DNA of 28,732 nt. Source: a virus. Taxonomy: Duplodnaviria; Caudoviricetes. Below the pieces are notes generated by a model. The model ran no database searches, had not been told where the DNA came from, and saw only the letters and a list, made by a program, of their open reading frames with translations. The stretch covers positions 1 through 28,732 of IMG/VR virus record IMGVR_UViG_3300037467_000070, one strand, 5' to 3'. Both the position numbers and the translations under genes were made by a program. Of this stretch, positions 17,903 through 27,685 are shown piece after piece (position 1 is the first letter of the stretch; each line of letters opens with the position of its first letter).

Positions 17903-18316
17903 ATGGCTACAGCTCAAAATCAGACAGTACATTCCGGCCATACGATAAACATCCGTGTAGGAGCCAATATTATTGGTCGTATGCAAGGAGTAGACGGTGA
18001 GCGGGATTTCGGTACTGAAGGCATCTATGAAATTGGTAGTATGATGCCTCAGGAATATGTTAATAACCGTTACCAAGGAAGTGTATCTTGTGAACGCTTC
18101 TTCGTTAGAGAGAAGGATTTGGCTGCGATTGGTATGGCTTCAGTAGGTGAGGAAGTTCTGAAGAAGGACATTATCACTATTGAGGTTGTAGATAAGTACA
18201 CTGGTAAGGTAGTGCGTTCCTACCATGGATGTACTATCGGAAACTATCGTGAGACATTCCGTGTTAATGCTATTGCAGGAGAGAATGCTACATTCTACTA
18301 TCTGTACGCATCTTAA
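17903..18316 (+). CDS. tail tube protein
   Basis: NQTVHSG, IGR.Q....RDFGTEGIYEIGS.MPQE, LKKDIITIEVVD, YHGC, ENATF.YL. Confidence 0.9.
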   Translation: MATAQNQTVHSGHTINIRVGANIIGRMQGVDGERDFGTEGIYEIGSMMPQEYVNNRYQGSVSCERFFVREKDLAAIGMASVGEEVLKKDIITIEVVDKYTGKVVRSYHGCTIGNYRETFRVNAIAGENATFYYLYAS

Positions 18317-18328
18317 TAAATCGCTCGT

Positions 18329-18376
18329 ATGGGGCAGTGGTGTTTGGATATAGACACCACCGCCCTATTTTATTTA
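18329..18376 (+). terminator. Rho-independent terminator after tail tube
   Basis: ATGGGGCAGTGGTGTTTG-gata-TAGACACCACCGCCCTAT (with G-U pairs and one mismatch) followed by TTTATTT. Confidence 0.8.
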
Positions 18377-18404
18377 TGAAACATATTTAAGGAGGAATTT
18401 CAAT

Positions 18405-18833
18405 ATGGCATTAAATGATCGTTCACTCAAACTTCTAAGACTAGAGAACCTACAGAAAATCAACATGGGTAACCGAAGAACAAAGAATATCTCTGTTGAC
18501 TTTAGACACATCGATAGCAAGTTTATAGGCACATTCGTTGTTCACTATGCTTCTCAAATGGAGAATATCGAGATTGGGGTCATACGTTCAGAATTACTGA
18601 ATGGTAACCAAAACATTGACAGGCTGACTGATAACATCGTTACTGCCCTTGCAACCCTAGAGGTTGTATTAGATACTTTCCCTGATTGGTTCAACCCATA
18701 TGATGAAAAAGTAGAATATGATATTCTTGAGTATGTATTCGTAGAATATATTAAGTGGGTGGATTCCTTTCGTGGACAGCGTGAACCAGTCACAGATGGA
18801 GGAAATAGCCAAGACCAACATAGCGAGGTTTGA
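18405..18833 (+). CDS. tail assembly chaperone (G-like)
   Basis: Between tube and tape measure; RBS AAGGAGG; contains a candidate shift site near its 3' end. Confidence 0.75.
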   Translation: MALNDRSLKLLRLENLQKINMGNRRTKNISVDFRHIDSKFIGTFVVHYASQMENIEIGVIRSELLNGNQNIDRLTDNIVTALATLEVVLDTFPDWFNPYDEKVEYDILEYVFVEYIKWVDSFRGQREPVTDGGNSQDQHSEV

Positions 18834-19095
18834 GTGGTGGATACAGAAATCGTTCCACGTTCTACCAACTGATGAGCGTTTCCTTAGCCTGACTGAGCAA
18901 CAGATGGACTTGTTATATGAGCACTTTAAGATAGATCATCCTGAACTCAGGGAAGATGATAAGGCTAGGGATAGCGAGTATGATGAGGCACAGGATGGTA
19001 TGCAGATGGAACAGCATGAGCACTATGAAGACCCAGACTTTGATAAGGCATGGAATGGTGAAGAGGAAGATACAGAAGAGTGGGAGGAGGTATAA
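18772..19095 (+). CDS. tail assembly chaperone extension (T-like), probably expressed by +1 frameshift
   Basis: +1 frame overlapping the previous ORF by 62 nt, no convincing RBS; ARFEWWI..F.VLPTDERF..LT..Q motif; acidic tail. Confidence 0.7.
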   Translation: MDSVNQSQMEEIAKTNIARFEWWIQKSFHVLPTDERFLSLTEQQMDLLYEHFKIDHPELREDDKARDSEYDEAQDGMQMEQHEHYEDPDFDKAWNGEEEDTEEWEEV

Positions 19096-19098
19096 CCA

Positions 19099-21516
19099 AT
19101 GGCAGGCAACGACCCTAATCAGCCTAATAACCGTAACGGTCAGTCTAATCCAGATATAATATCCAATACAAGGGATGCACAGCAATCCCTAGGGGATATG
19201 CGAGGTAGAGTTAAGAGATTAAGTAACCTAGCTGACACTGGGATGAATGACCAAAATGGTTACTTGTCATCTAGGCAAGTTACCTTCTATCGTAGATTAA
19301 TGCGTGAGATAGAGCAAATCTACCAACAACATTATCGTACGTTACAGAACATGGAAGATCAGTATCAACGCCAGATACAGCAAAAGTATGGTAAAAACAA
19401 ACAGCAGTTACAACAGGAAGTACAAAGAAGGCAACGAGCATATGATGAAGCCAACGGTGGTAATAGGTGGGGTGATGTTGCCTCACCACAGGTACGTGCC
19501 CACCACGAAAGAAAGCTAAATGAGGCTGTTAATAACCTCAATGATGCTAACAGCATGGAGAGGGAATTAGATGGTCTAAGGGAAGCGGTAAGACGCCTAG
19601 AGCAACAAAGGCAAAGTGCTACTGGGCCATCTAACTCTATTAATGATATGCAAGTACGTAACCCTGGAACTAACCAGTGGTTACACCATCAAACTACCAA
19701 CCTATTATTTGGCATGCATTTACTACACGGTGCACATGCACTAGTAGACTATGCTAACCCAGATTTGCTACGACAGCAGGATAGACTAGCTAATGGTGTC
19801 TCCCAAAGGATGGGAGAATACAATGGTGTTAACTCTGCTGACAGACTCTTCAGGGGTAGAATGAGGGATGTTGGCTTAGGTACCAATTTTGGGACACTAG
19901 AGACTGGTGCAACTGCCAACATCTTAGCCCAAGGTGGAATAGGCACTGGTCAGGGTCTATTGAAAGATCTAGGTACAGCACAATACTTTAGTAGGGCATA
20001 TGGACAAGATCCTAACCAAATATCTGGTGATTTTGCTACTCTACAAAAAATGGGTACCTTCAATGAAGGTGAAATGAATAGATTTGCCGACCTGATTGGA
20101 GGCGCTGTAGCAAAGAACAGTATGCAAGGTCGTGAAGGAGAAATGCTCCAAGCGACTATGGGATTAATACAGCAGGTAAGCCAAGGTCAGATTAGTATTA
20201 ATCAGCAACAAGCTGGTGGATTAGCTGGTATGCAAGTGGCTTTAGGTCAAGACATACCTGCCCTAAAGGGTCAGGCTGGTGCTAACCTTCTAGCTGGATG
20301 GGATAACGCTATCAAGAATGGTGGTCAATCCTTTGACCTAATTATGGGTAAAGGGACAAACCCACAGTATACTGGACTTAATGGTTCATATCAATTGCAA
20401 CTATTAAAGGAGCAAGGATTAAATCCTAAAACTGCAAAGACCTTCTTTAGTAACATGGATTCCTATTTTGGTAACGGGCCAAATAGCGATGCCATGAAAG
20501 GTTTTGCCTATGAGCAAATGGGATTTGGTACTGCACTAGAATATGAGAAGCTAAGAAAAAGCGGATTCATAGACCAGATAGAGAAAGGTAAATTACCTTC
20601 TGCATCACAGTTAAAGAAGATTGGTGCTAATGATCTAGCTAAGCAGTTCCAAAATTACCAAAATAGCCAGACCAGCCAAGTAGACTATCAGAATGCCCAA
20701 AAAGAGAACCAAAAGGCAGACTATCAGCAACCGTTTGATGCTATAGGTAAATTCATGAGCAATACATGGTTTAAGATACCAGAAGAGGTAAGGATGCCAT
20801 TATTGACAGCTGGATTCCTAGGTGGTAGCTCACTGGCATACAAAGGTGTACAAGCTATTGGCTCACGTATACTGTCACCAACCGTACGTTCATTTATGGG
20901 TGGCGGTGGAGGGGGTGTCGGTGGCTTACTAGCTAGAGCTGGTAGTGCAATTAAAGGTGTGGGTGGTAAAATAGGTGGAGCGGCACTAAACATACTTGGA
21001 GACACCACCAAGTCCATACCAATACTGGGTGCTACAGTTGAGACAGTGGCCGACCGTGTGTCCAATCCACAGCATAGTTGGGGTAGAAGCCTAGCTAAGG
21101 GTATTGGTTCTGGCATAGGTACTGCCGCTGGTATATTCGCTAGTGGATTAGTTGACGTTGGTACTGGTGGTTTAGGGATTTTGACCAATGCTGGTCTAAC
21201 AGTAGGCGGTGGTATGGCTGGTAGCTGGTTAGGTGATAAGGTTTATAGTATGTTTGCTGGCGATTCTGATACCAAGACTAGCAGTTCCAAGAAAACTACC
21301 ACCGCATCTAAGGATGCTACTGCCAAAGACCAAGAGTACGCATTAGCTCAGTCAGTAGACAAGCTAAACAAGAATAATGAAGTTAAAGTCACCGTAAGTG
21401 GTAAGATAGACGGCATGACTGCTGATAATCAGAAGAATGTATCCGATTCCATCTCTACTTACTTTAGTAACGCTACAAATAACTTCAATCTAGCATTTGA
21501 CCAGAGGAGGGGATAA
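19099..21516 (+). CDS. tape measure protein
   Basis: 805 aa; helical Gln/Ala/Gly-rich with Gly-rich hydrophobic C-terminal segments; follows the chaperones; RBS GGAGGT. Confidence 0.85.
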   Translation: MAGNDPNQPNNRNGQSNPDIISNTRDAQQSLGDMRGRVKRLSNLADTGMNDQNGYLSSRQVTFYRRLMREIEQIYQQHYRTLQNMEDQYQRQIQQKYGKNKQQLQQEVQRRQRAYDEANGGNRWGDVASPQVRAHHERKLNEAVNNLNDANSMERELDGLREAVRRLEQQRQSATGPSNSINDMQVRNPGTNQWLHHQTTNLLFGMHLLHGAHALVDYANPDLLRQQDRLANGVSQRMGEYNGVNSADRLFRGRMRDVGLGTNFGTLETGATANILAQGGIGTGQGLLKDLGTAQYFSRAYGQDPNQISGDFATLQKMGTFNEGEMNRFADLIGGAVAKNSMQGREGEMLQATMGLIQQVSQGQISINQQQAGGLAGMQVALGQDIPALKGQAGANLLAGWDNAIKNGGQSFDLIMGKGTNPQYTGLNGSYQLQLLKEQGLNPKTAKTFFSNMDSYFGNGPNSDAMKGFAYEQMGFGTALEYEKLRKSGFIDQIEKGKLPSASQLKKIGANDLAKQFQNYQNSQTSQVDYQNAQKENQKADYQQPFDAIGKFMSNTWFKIPEEVRMPLLTAGFLGGSSLAYKGVQAIGSRILSPTVRSFMGGGGGGVGGLLARAGSAIKGVGGKIGGAALNILGDTTKSIPILGATVETVADRVSNPQHSWGRSLAKGIGSGIGTAAGIFASGLVDVGTGGLGILTNAGLTVGGGMAGSWLGDKVYSMFAGDSDTKTSSSKKTTTASKDATAKDQEYALAQSVDKLNKNNEVKVTVSGKIDGMTADNQKNVSDSISTYFSNATNNFNLAFDQRRG

Positions 21517-21518
21517 TA

Positions 21519-23747
21519 GTGGACACATATGTATATAGACCACAGGCAGTTGTCTACCTTTATACCGAACAAGGTCAGTTAGTAGCTAGGGGAACGAATG
21601 ACCCTAGGTCTGCCATGGATGATGATGTTATAAGGATAACAACTACTAGGGAGATAGGGGCTGATGCCCCTACTTTTACTGTTGAGCTTACTAGAAAAAA
21701 GGACTGGAATCAGTGGGTAGCTTCTAACGATCTAATAGTAATAAAGATGCAAAGACCACCTGAAGCATTACAAACTGTAATGTTTGGTTTGGTGGATGAC
21801 TCAAGGGATACCGTGTCTGTGACGCCTGATGGGACACCAGCTAGGTCTGTAACGATCACAGGCAGAGGTATAAGTAAGGCTCTAATTAACTTTGATGTAA
21901 GTATCGTACCAGAAGCTGAGTTCCAGATAACCGCTACTGGATGGGTGGAATCCACAGGGGTTACACTATCTGGTAAGAAGCCATCAGAGATCATAAAAGC
22001 GGCATGGGATATAATATGTGCTAAGCACATTAACTACACGTGGGATAATGGAAAGAAGCTATTTGATTACGCCACATATAGAGTTGTGGATAGACCAAAT
22101 ATGACTATGCTTGATAACTCAGCTGTGGCAAACTGGCAAGGCAGTATATGGGCTTTCTTTAGAGAGATAGCTGAAGATCCATTCTACGAATTATATGAGG
22201 AAGTGGAGAACGGAGTACCAGTTATAATTGCTAGAGCAACCCCATTTAATGAGTCTGACTGGAAGGCTCTACCCTCATTCACAATTACTGACCAGCATGT
22301 GCAAAATGAAGAGTTGGGTAGAAGTGATGTAGAGACTTATACAATATTCTCGGTAGGGGCTAAAACCCTATTTGCACCTAATGATGTATATAAGACTTTC
22401 GGTGTACTCCCATATTGGTATAAACCTTATGCAGATAAGTATGGTAACCGAAGACTACACGTAGAGTCAGCCTACACAGCAGTTGCCAACTCCGACATCA
22501 CAGCAGACCAGAGTACTATAATGCGTAGCATGATGAAAGACCTGTATAACTGGAATATCAAGAATAACAGTATGGTCAATGGCAACCTCATAGTTCAGGG
22601 TGAGGCTGGATATAAGGTTGGATGCCGACTAAACTATGCGTCACTAGAGGGTGATGTTGATAGAGAATACTACATCACATCAGTCAGTCACTTATTCGAG
22701 AATTTTGGTGCATATGTAACTCAGCTAGGTGTTACTAGAGGCATAGAGTCAACTGAACGATTCACCGCACCAGTTGATAAATATACAGAGTATTCTGGAC
22801 TAGGCATACTACCTTATGACCCAGTTGCTGCTAAGAAAGCCCTTATGGATGGTGGCGGTGATACAGGTTCAGGTTCTGGCACCCTAGACATGGGTGTTGC
22901 TATGAAAGTGGTGGACGGTGCTAGAAACATTATGAACAATGGTATCAATGGCAAGAAAGTTCAATATGTGTTTGGTGGTAATGACCCAATAGCAGGTAAG
23001 CTAGACTGCTCATCCTTTGTAGAATATGTATACACGGCGTATGCTGGTATGGATCTAGGAAGGGTGACTGGGGTGCAGGTACAGAAGGGTACACAGGTAG
23101 ACAAAAGCCAAGTACAACCTGGAGACCTAATATTCTTCAAGAATACCTACAGTAATAATTATATATTTGGTGTTTCCCATGTAGGTATAGTTAGCGGTGA
23201 TGGTAAGTTCATAAATAACTCTAGTGGCGCTGGTACAATTGTTGAATCAGACTGGACTACGTCATACTGGCAACAACATTTCTTGATGTTTAGGCGTGTC
23301 TTACCTACAGTTGACAGCAGTAGCGGTGGATCTGGCTCCCCTCCTAATACATCTGGTGGCGGTTCAAACCCAGATAAGATATGGAACTTCCTCATTAGTA
23401 AAGGTCTAAATAAATATGGTGCTGCTTCTATAATGGGTAATTTACAACAGGAGAACCAATTTAGTACTAGTGGTGATGGTTTAGCACAGTGGACTGGCCC
23501 CCGTAAAACAGCACTCAAGAAATACGCCAGTGACCACAATCTCAGCTCTGATTCCCTAGATGCACAGTTAGGGTACCTGTGGCAAGAGATTAGTTCTGGT
23601 ATCTATATAAAGGTAGATACTTTGAATGGCATGACTGTCCAACAAGGTACAGTATATGTCTGTAATAAATATGAGGGTGCCGGTATACCAATGATGGATA
23701 AACGAATTGGATATGCCTTGGCAGCCTATAGTAAGTATGCTCGGTAA
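21519..23747 (+). CDS. baseplate hub / tail-associated lysin with NlpC/P60 and phage tail lysozyme domains
   Basis: N-terminal ~430 aa hub-like region. YVFGG..LDCSSFV..GDLIFF..SHVGI (NlpC/P60, ~22960-23300). IWNFL..GL...AASIMGNLQQE..GLAQWTG.R..L..AQLGYLWQE (Phage_lysozyme2-like, ~23360-23745). Confidence 0.88.
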   Translation: MDTYVYRPQAVVYLYTEQGQLVARGTNDPRSAMDDDVIRITTTREIGADAPTFTVELTRKKDWNQWVASNDLIVIKMQRPPEALQTVMFGLVDDSRDTVSVTPDGTPARSVTITGRGISKALINFDVSIVPEAEFQITATGWVESTGVTLSGKKPSEIIKAAWDIICAKHINYTWDNGKKLFDYATYRVVDRPNMTMLDNSAVANWQGSIWAFFREIAEDPFYELYEEVENGVPVIIARATPFNESDWKALPSFTITDQHVQNEELGRSDVETYTIFSVGAKTLFAPNDVYKTFGVLPYWYKPYADKYGNRRLHVESAYTAVANSDITADQSTIMRSMMKDLYNWNIKNNSMVNGNLIVQGEAGYKVGCRLNYASLEGDVDREYYITSVSHLFENFGAYVTQLGVTRGIESTERFTAPVDKYTEYSGLGILPYDPVAAKKALMDGGGDTGSGSGTLDMGVAMKVVDGARNIMNNGINGKKVQYVFGGNDPIAGKLDCSSFVEYVYTAYAGMDLGRVTGVQVQKGTQVDKSQVQPGDLIFFKNTYSNNYIFGVSHVGIVSGDGKFINNSSGAGTIVESDWTTSYWQQHFLMFRRVLPTVDSSSGGSGSPPNTSGGGSNPDKIWNFLISKGLNKYGAASIMGNLQQENQFSTSGDGLAQWTGPRKTALKKYASDHNLSSDSLDAQLGYLWQEISSGIYIKVDTLNGMTVQQGTVYVCNKYEGAGIPMMDKRIGYALAAYSKYAR

Positions 23748-23758
23748 GGGGTGAGAAC

Positions 23759-24895
23759 ATGGCAACTGATAATCAGCCTAATATTAGGCTACAGCCACAT
23801 TTAGGCAGAGTGAAGGACAACTACAAACCCCACAATAATATGAATGGGGTTTTGGCTATAGCCAAGGTGCTAAAAGTGCACCACAAGCAAGGGACTGTAG
23901 ATTTACAGATCATTAAGACCAATGATGTAATCTCTTCAGATGCTAGTAATGAAGGTAAGTTTGCTGCTAGGATTCTCACCACTACAGCAAACTTTGATGC
24001 TGTCACAATGTCTAGCTCAGGTGTACTTGAGCCTATGCAAGAAGGTCAAATGGTTCTACTAGCATTTGTGGATGGGCTAAAGGCTAATCCTGTAGTGCTG
24101 GGTAGCTTTCAGCAGACTTGGGATGCAACACAGAACATATTACAGGACACATATCCATTACAACCAGATAATGGTGTGTGGGATAGAAGACAGGCTCTCA
24201 AATACCTAAGGGTTCACCCCTCCCAGTGGTACATGCGGGTGGATGGTATTGGTGCTATGGAGATGTCTCACCCATCTAAGACCTTCCTACAAGTTGATCC
24301 AGATATATATGACGAGGGTATTAATGATACACACAGAGGGTATGACCATAGTAATCTGAACGAGAAAGACCCTATGTTTGGTGACACAAGGTCAGGTAGG
24401 ACACAGGAGTCTACCAACCCAGTTAATATACTATTTGTGCACAGAAGTAGTGCAGAGGATGCCTCTACTACTTGGACTAAATTCTTTGTGAACTCATCAG
24501 GTATGTTTAGGGTCACTAGGGATAACAATGATGGCATGTTATCTTACCTACAGATGGAAGACACAGGATCTATCAAGATTCGTAGGCAAATTGATTCCCC
24601 TGTTCACGAGGATGGTAATAACTATTCAGAGATTAGTTTGGCTGAAACTGGTGAGGTTTCAATAGCAAGGACGGTAGATGGTGGAACTTCTTCAATGTCA
24701 ATTGATGGCAACGGAGACATTATGATACAACACTCGTCTGGAAAGTACTTGAAAATTGACAGTACTGGAATCACTGGAGACGGTATTAGTGGTGGGGGCG
24801 GTTCTGGTGGTGTAGGATACTATGTTAGTGCCACTGAGCCAGTGAATGCTCCAGATGGTACTTTCTGGATAGACACAAGCGATTTGGGGGTGTAG
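23759..24895 (+). CDS. putative baseplate central spike (gpV/gp5-like)
   Basis: N-terminal OB-fold-like pattern (AKVLKVH..GTVD, P..GQMVLLAFVDG....PVVLGS); C-terminal short beta repeats (G.I.I); follows the hub. Confidence 0.6.
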   Translation: MATDNQPNIRLQPHLGRVKDNYKPHNNMNGVLAIAKVLKVHHKQGTVDLQIIKTNDVISSDASNEGKFAARILTTTANFDAVTMSSSGVLEPMQEGQMVLLAFVDGLKANPVVLGSFQQTWDATQNILQDTYPLQPDNGVWDRRQALKYLRVHPSQWYMRVDGIGAMEMSHPSKTFLQVDPDIYDEGINDTHRGYDHSNLNEKDPMFGDTRSGRTQESTNPVNILFVHRSSAEDASTTWTKFFVNSSGMFRVTRDNNDGMLSYLQMEDTGSIKIRRQIDSPVHEDGNNYSEISLAETGEVSIARTVDGGTSSMSIDGNGDIMIQHSSGKYLKIDSTGITGDGISGGGGSGGVGYYVSATEPVNAPDGTFWIDTSDLGV

Positions 24896-24898
24896 GAT

Positions 24899-25420
24899 AT
24901 GACACTTAATAACCAAAGTGATGGACAATTTACACTGAAACGTATAGAATTCGAGTTCAACAACACGTCATACAAGTTTGCCCTCAACCCAGAGGAATAT
25001 AGCATTTCTGAGCCAAATAGGGTAACTATTACACAGACTAAGGGTGGAGCATTTGCAGACGAATTTGGTGCAGGCTTACCTACAATTACAATGAAGGGTA
25101 CAACAGGTTTTAAGAATGGTACTAGTTCAGGTACTACCGGATATACTAAATTTGATGAGTTGAGGACTACTATACGTAATGTCTATAACAGATTATCTCC
25201 TGGACAGATAGTGACTCCTGATAAGGAGATGATGTTCTACAACTATACAGATGGTGATTTCTGGGTGGTTACCCCACAGACATTCCAACTATTGAGAACT
25301 GTAGCTAGACCATTATTATATACGTATAATATAGAATTAATAGGTTTACGACCAGCTAATATTCCTAGTTATAATCCATCTCCTAGCACACTAATTGTCG
25401 GCACAGGGAGGATAGGATAA
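24899..25420 (+). CDS. baseplate protein (tube-initiator-like)
   Basis: F.LNPEEY...EP.R..ITQTKGG...D.FG.G...ITMKGTTG, FYNYTD; synteny. Confidence 0.6.
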   Translation: MTLNNQSDGQFTLKRIEFEFNNTSYKFALNPEEYSISEPNRVTITQTKGGAFADEFGAGLPTITMKGTTGFKNGTSSGTTGYTKFDELRTTIRNVYNRLSPGQIVTPDKEMMFYNYTDGDFWVVTPQTFQLLRTVARPLLYTYNIELIGLRPANIPSYNPSPSTLIVGTGRIG

Positions 25421-26037
25421 TGAGTGATTACACACAAACAGCCATAAGCGCCATACAGACTAATTTGGGTGATGTTTTATATAACTTGTCGTATATACTA
25501 ACAGACAATAACGGTTTAATGACTGACTCAAATGTTAAGTATCTACTAAACAACCTACAGGTGTCATCAACAGGTGTGATACAGTCTAGTGTACCAAGTC
25601 CTACCCATCCTGGTGATGGAGTACTGTTACAGGATATATTCAATCCTATAACATCTGCTAGATGTGCAGATTTGTTCTCTCGACTATTAATAGGAGACCC
25701 ATCGGTGGTCTACCGCAGTGAATATCCTATAGACAAACCATCTAGTCCAATACTGGATGTAAGCTCAGATATACCTAGCACAGTTGAATCAATGCTGTGC
25801 TATATGTATATGGAGATGTACAGTTTGTACACAGCACTAGTGGAATTCAGAACAGGTGATACATTTGCCATTACAGACGTGGAATTATCCACTATGCTAT
25901 CAAACACTAGAGCCATCTCCACCGCATTAGGAAATGTGGATAGTGATTCCGTTGTGTATCCTTTATTGAATATCTTGAGATATATACAGAGGGCTATTTT
26001 ATTAGTTGAATATTATATGCCTACAATATTGGGGTGA
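25420..26037 (+). CDS. hypothetical baseplate-region protein (205 aa)
   Basis: TAATG overlap with the upstream gene; located in the baseplate cluster. Confidence 0.7.
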   Translation: MSDYTQTAISAIQTNLGDVLYNLSYILTDNNGLMTDSNVKYLLNNLQVSSTGVIQSSVPSPTHPGDGVLLQDIFNPITSARCADLFSRLLIGDPSVVYRSEYPIDKPSSPILDVSSDIPSTVESMLCYMYMEMYSLYTALVEFRTGDTFAITDVELSTMLSNTRAISTALGNVDSDSVVYPLLNILRYIQRAILLVEYYMPTILG

Positions 26038-26041
26038 TAAC

Positions 26042-26650
26042 ATGGATTATGTGGTACGTATGGGTGACACCTTACAGACTATAGCCCAGAACGTCTTAGG
26101 GGATGCCACACTGTGGACAGACATAGCAGCAGCTAATAACCTGGTATATCCTTACATCTCAACGGTCAAGTCAGACGGAGTGGTATCGGTTGGTAGTACC
26201 ATACAAATACCAAAGACTAATGTAATTACGGGAGATGTGGAGACACCAGATCTAGGGACAGACTTGAAATTGAGTACAGATAAGTTCAATCTCACATCTA
26301 TAGCTGGCGGAGATTTAAGTATTGTAGATGGAGACTATGAGCTAGTATCAGGTATAAGCTGTGTTGTCCAGGATACAGCACATAGACTTATGACAGAAGT
26401 GGGTTCAAATCCATACTCCCCAGAGTATGGCAGTCGCATTCCAAGACTGATTGGTACTAAGAGAGATACTACTTGGCAGACAAAAATTAGTCTTGAGGTA
26501 GAGAGGACACTAAGGACTGACCCTAGGGTGACTGATGTGCATGACATCAGCCTATATCAAAATGGTACAGCGACCTATATTGACTATACTGTCACAATAG
26601 ATGACATGATATATAATGCAAAGGAGGTACTGTTCAGTGAAGAAATTTAA
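26042..26650 (+). CDS. LysM plus gp25/W-like baseplate wedge (sheath initiator) protein
   Basis: YVVRMGDTLQTIA..LGD...W.DIA.AN.L (LysM); RLMTE.GS.PY.PEYGS..L.TDPRV (gp25-like). Start at ATG 26042 after GGGGTGA. Confidence 0.85.
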   Translation: MDYVVRMGDTLQTIAQNVLGDATLWTDIAAANNLVYPYISTVKSDGVVSVGSTIQIPKTNVITGDVETPDLGTDLKLSTDKFNLTSIAGGDLSIVDGDYELVSGISCVVQDTAHRLMTEVGSNPYSPEYGSRIPRLIGTKRDTTWQTKISLEVERTLRTDPRVTDVHDISLYQNGTATYIDYTVTIDDMIYNAKEVLFSEEI

Positions 26651-27674
26651 GGATATACTACGGGATATGGTCACTTGGATGTCTTTAACAAACACTAAAG
26701 TCACCAACTTCACAGTTGGTTCTGTTGTACGTAGCATAATGGAATCTGCGGCTATAGAGCTTGAGAGTCTATATTACTTCGTCCAGAGTAAATTTGAAGC
26801 ACTACAGGAGAATTCCATATACAATAGCTTTGGTTTCTCTAAGAAGCCTGCTACACCCGCAACTGGTACAATTACAATTAACTTCAACCAAATCCTGAGC
26901 CAAAGTATTTTATTCCCATCAGGCACACAATTCTATACAGTTCCTATTGATGGGCAAACAATTTACTTTGCAAGCACACAGGACGTGACTGCCAGTATAG
27001 GTACTTCCTCAGTTAATATTCCAGTACAATGTACACAGGCTGGGACTGTGGGAAATGTACCATCATACACAATTCGTAGGGCAGTGCAAAATACCCCAGT
27101 CATGGGTGACATTTATAATGCAAATAGATTCTTTACAGGTGCTCCTGAAGAGTCTAAAGAAGAGCGTAAGAAAAGATTTAGTACCTTTGTTAAGAGCATC
27201 GCTAGGGCAACCCCAGATGCTGTAACATATGGGTGTTTACAGGTAGCCAATGTAGCTGGTGTATATGTACAAGAGGGAATCGGAATGGTATACGTATACG
27301 CACACAATGCTGATGGAGACCTAACAGACCAGATGAAGACAGATCTGACCAATGCACTCTATAATTATAGGGCGGCAGGTGTTATGTCCTTTGTAAATGC
27401 CGTAACTAAAAAATCAATTGACCTTAACATACAGGTTCTAATTAATCCAGGATATAACAATGACACAATTTTATTTAAAGTGGAGGATTTAGTGACAGTC
27501 TATTTAAGTAAATTTACAGTGTCTAAAAACTTGATTAAGGCTGATTTAATTCGTTATATTATGGAAATAGATAAGGAAGCAATCGCCAACATCACTATAG
27601 ACCTGACTACTGACGTAGCTGTAGCCCCTCAAGAGCTTATACGCCCAGGTACTATTAATGTGACTCAAATGTAA
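26637..27674 (+). CDS. baseplate J-like wedge protein
   Basis: TNFTVGSVVRS..E, ATG.I, V.C...GTVGN, G..EES.EE...RF, VYVYAH..G.L. Start at GTG 26637 after AAGGAGGT. Confidence 0.9.
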   Translation: MKKFKDILRDMVTWMSLTNTKVTNFTVGSVVRSIMESAAIELESLYYFVQSKFEALQENSIYNSFGFSKKPATPATGTITINFNQILSQSILFPSGTQFYTVPIDGQTIYFASTQDVTASIGTSSVNIPVQCTQAGTVGNVPSYTIRRAVQNTPVMGDIYNANRFFTGAPEESKEERKKRFSTFVKSIARATPDAVTYGCLQVANVAGVYVQEGIGMVYVYAHNADGDLTDQMKTDLTNALYNYRAAGVMSFVNAVTKKSIDLNIQVLINPGYNNDTILFKVEDLVTVYLSKFTVSKNLIKADLIRYIMEIDKEAIANITIDLTTDVAVAPQELIRPGTINVTQM

Positions 27675-27685
27675 GGGGTGATATT

